DNA of 63,795 nucleotides, the filler included, from Globobulimina sp. (taxonomy: Eukaryota): the NCBI GenBank assembly GCA_003354225.1. It is 50 parts of 50 records of this genome, joined end to end, with 100 filler letters (N's around TTAATTAATTAA, not from the genome) between each part and the next. Parts side by side here need not be neighbours in the genome. Positions count along the whole stretch, not along the records: positions 62,619 to 63,795 come from PIVH01021624.1; 49 more parts are not named here. One strand, given 5' to 3'. The notes beneath the pieces were generated by a model. It ran no database searches. It was not told where the DNA came from and saw nothing but the letters and a program-made list of their open reading frames with translations. Below, in pieces: positions 63,235-63,795 of the stretch (position 1 is the first letter of the stretch; each line of letters starts with the position of its first letter). A program made the translations under genes and the position numbers.

Positions 63235-63795
63235 TTGTACGTACTATTTGGATAACGAATTCCAACAGTATTATAATAATAGTTTATGTAGGTAGCGATT
63301 TAGGCCAATTTAGAAACCCCAGGAAACGTTAGGTAAGAACCGCGACCGGGTTGTGCCGTCCTAGCAGCCAGGTGCTTTGAGAAATAAGAAACTCGAAATG
63401 TACATAAGCGGCAAGCTTTATTGTAAAGTAAAAACAGTTGAATAATATTAGCGCTGCGACAAATAATAGTATAGTCAAGAGACTACTAAGATAACCAAGA
63501 TAGAATAATCTAACAATGAATAGAGACAGAAATCACAGCCTACTAAAAACCAGTTATACAATCAGTAGCATAAAATGCATCAATAGTATGCAAATTTTAG
63601 TGTTGCTAAGCAACCATCGAAAACGTCATAATATTGTAATTACAATAATTATAAGTGCCTAATTTGATGTAATAACATCATAGTATATTATTTTTTCGGC
63701 GTATAAATGGCTAAAAATGCACAGCTACTACCTACATAGTATTCGATGCTGGTTTGATTCGATCAGAACTCATTCCTCGTTTTCGAACTACGTAC

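Overview
This window is not a contiguous locus. It is 50 unrelated, size-sorted contigs (1179, 1178 or 1177 bp) joined by an artificial 100-nt spacer (N44-TTAATTAATTAA-N44, stops in all six frames), so adjacency across spacers has no meaning. Most contigs are AT-rich eukaryotic gene fragments with short (about 45-90 nt) GT-AG introns. They include a sulfatase, TRP channel, P2X receptor, Ras, Arf, ATAD1, LicD, SLC38 transporter, PARG-like protein, DNAJC7, mevalonate kinase, histone H2B, NRF-6 acyltransferase, an E2, and SAM/PH/BAR/SPRY proteins. The style suggests a protist, plausibly a foraminiferan or other rhizarian (inference), from an amplified single-cell or metagenomic assembly. Mixed in are a phage-like contig, a bacterial purB fragment, probable chimeric joins and several mobile elements (Copia, CRE-like non-LTR, Penelope-like, TIR elements). 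The most notable observations are: (1) a Polinton/Maverick (adintovirus-like) major capsid gene split by three spliceosomal introns, one of them GC-AG; (2) a recurrent ~30-35 aa L-(V/I)-x-G-(Y/F)-(I/L)-R...I..(I/C)..(F/Y) module attached to three different, catalytically degenerate housekeeping domains (Ras, eEF1A-like, E2); (3) a terminally redundant 1059-bp circle or tandem unit encoding one 258-aa ORF. All family calls come from manual motif recognition, not database searches.
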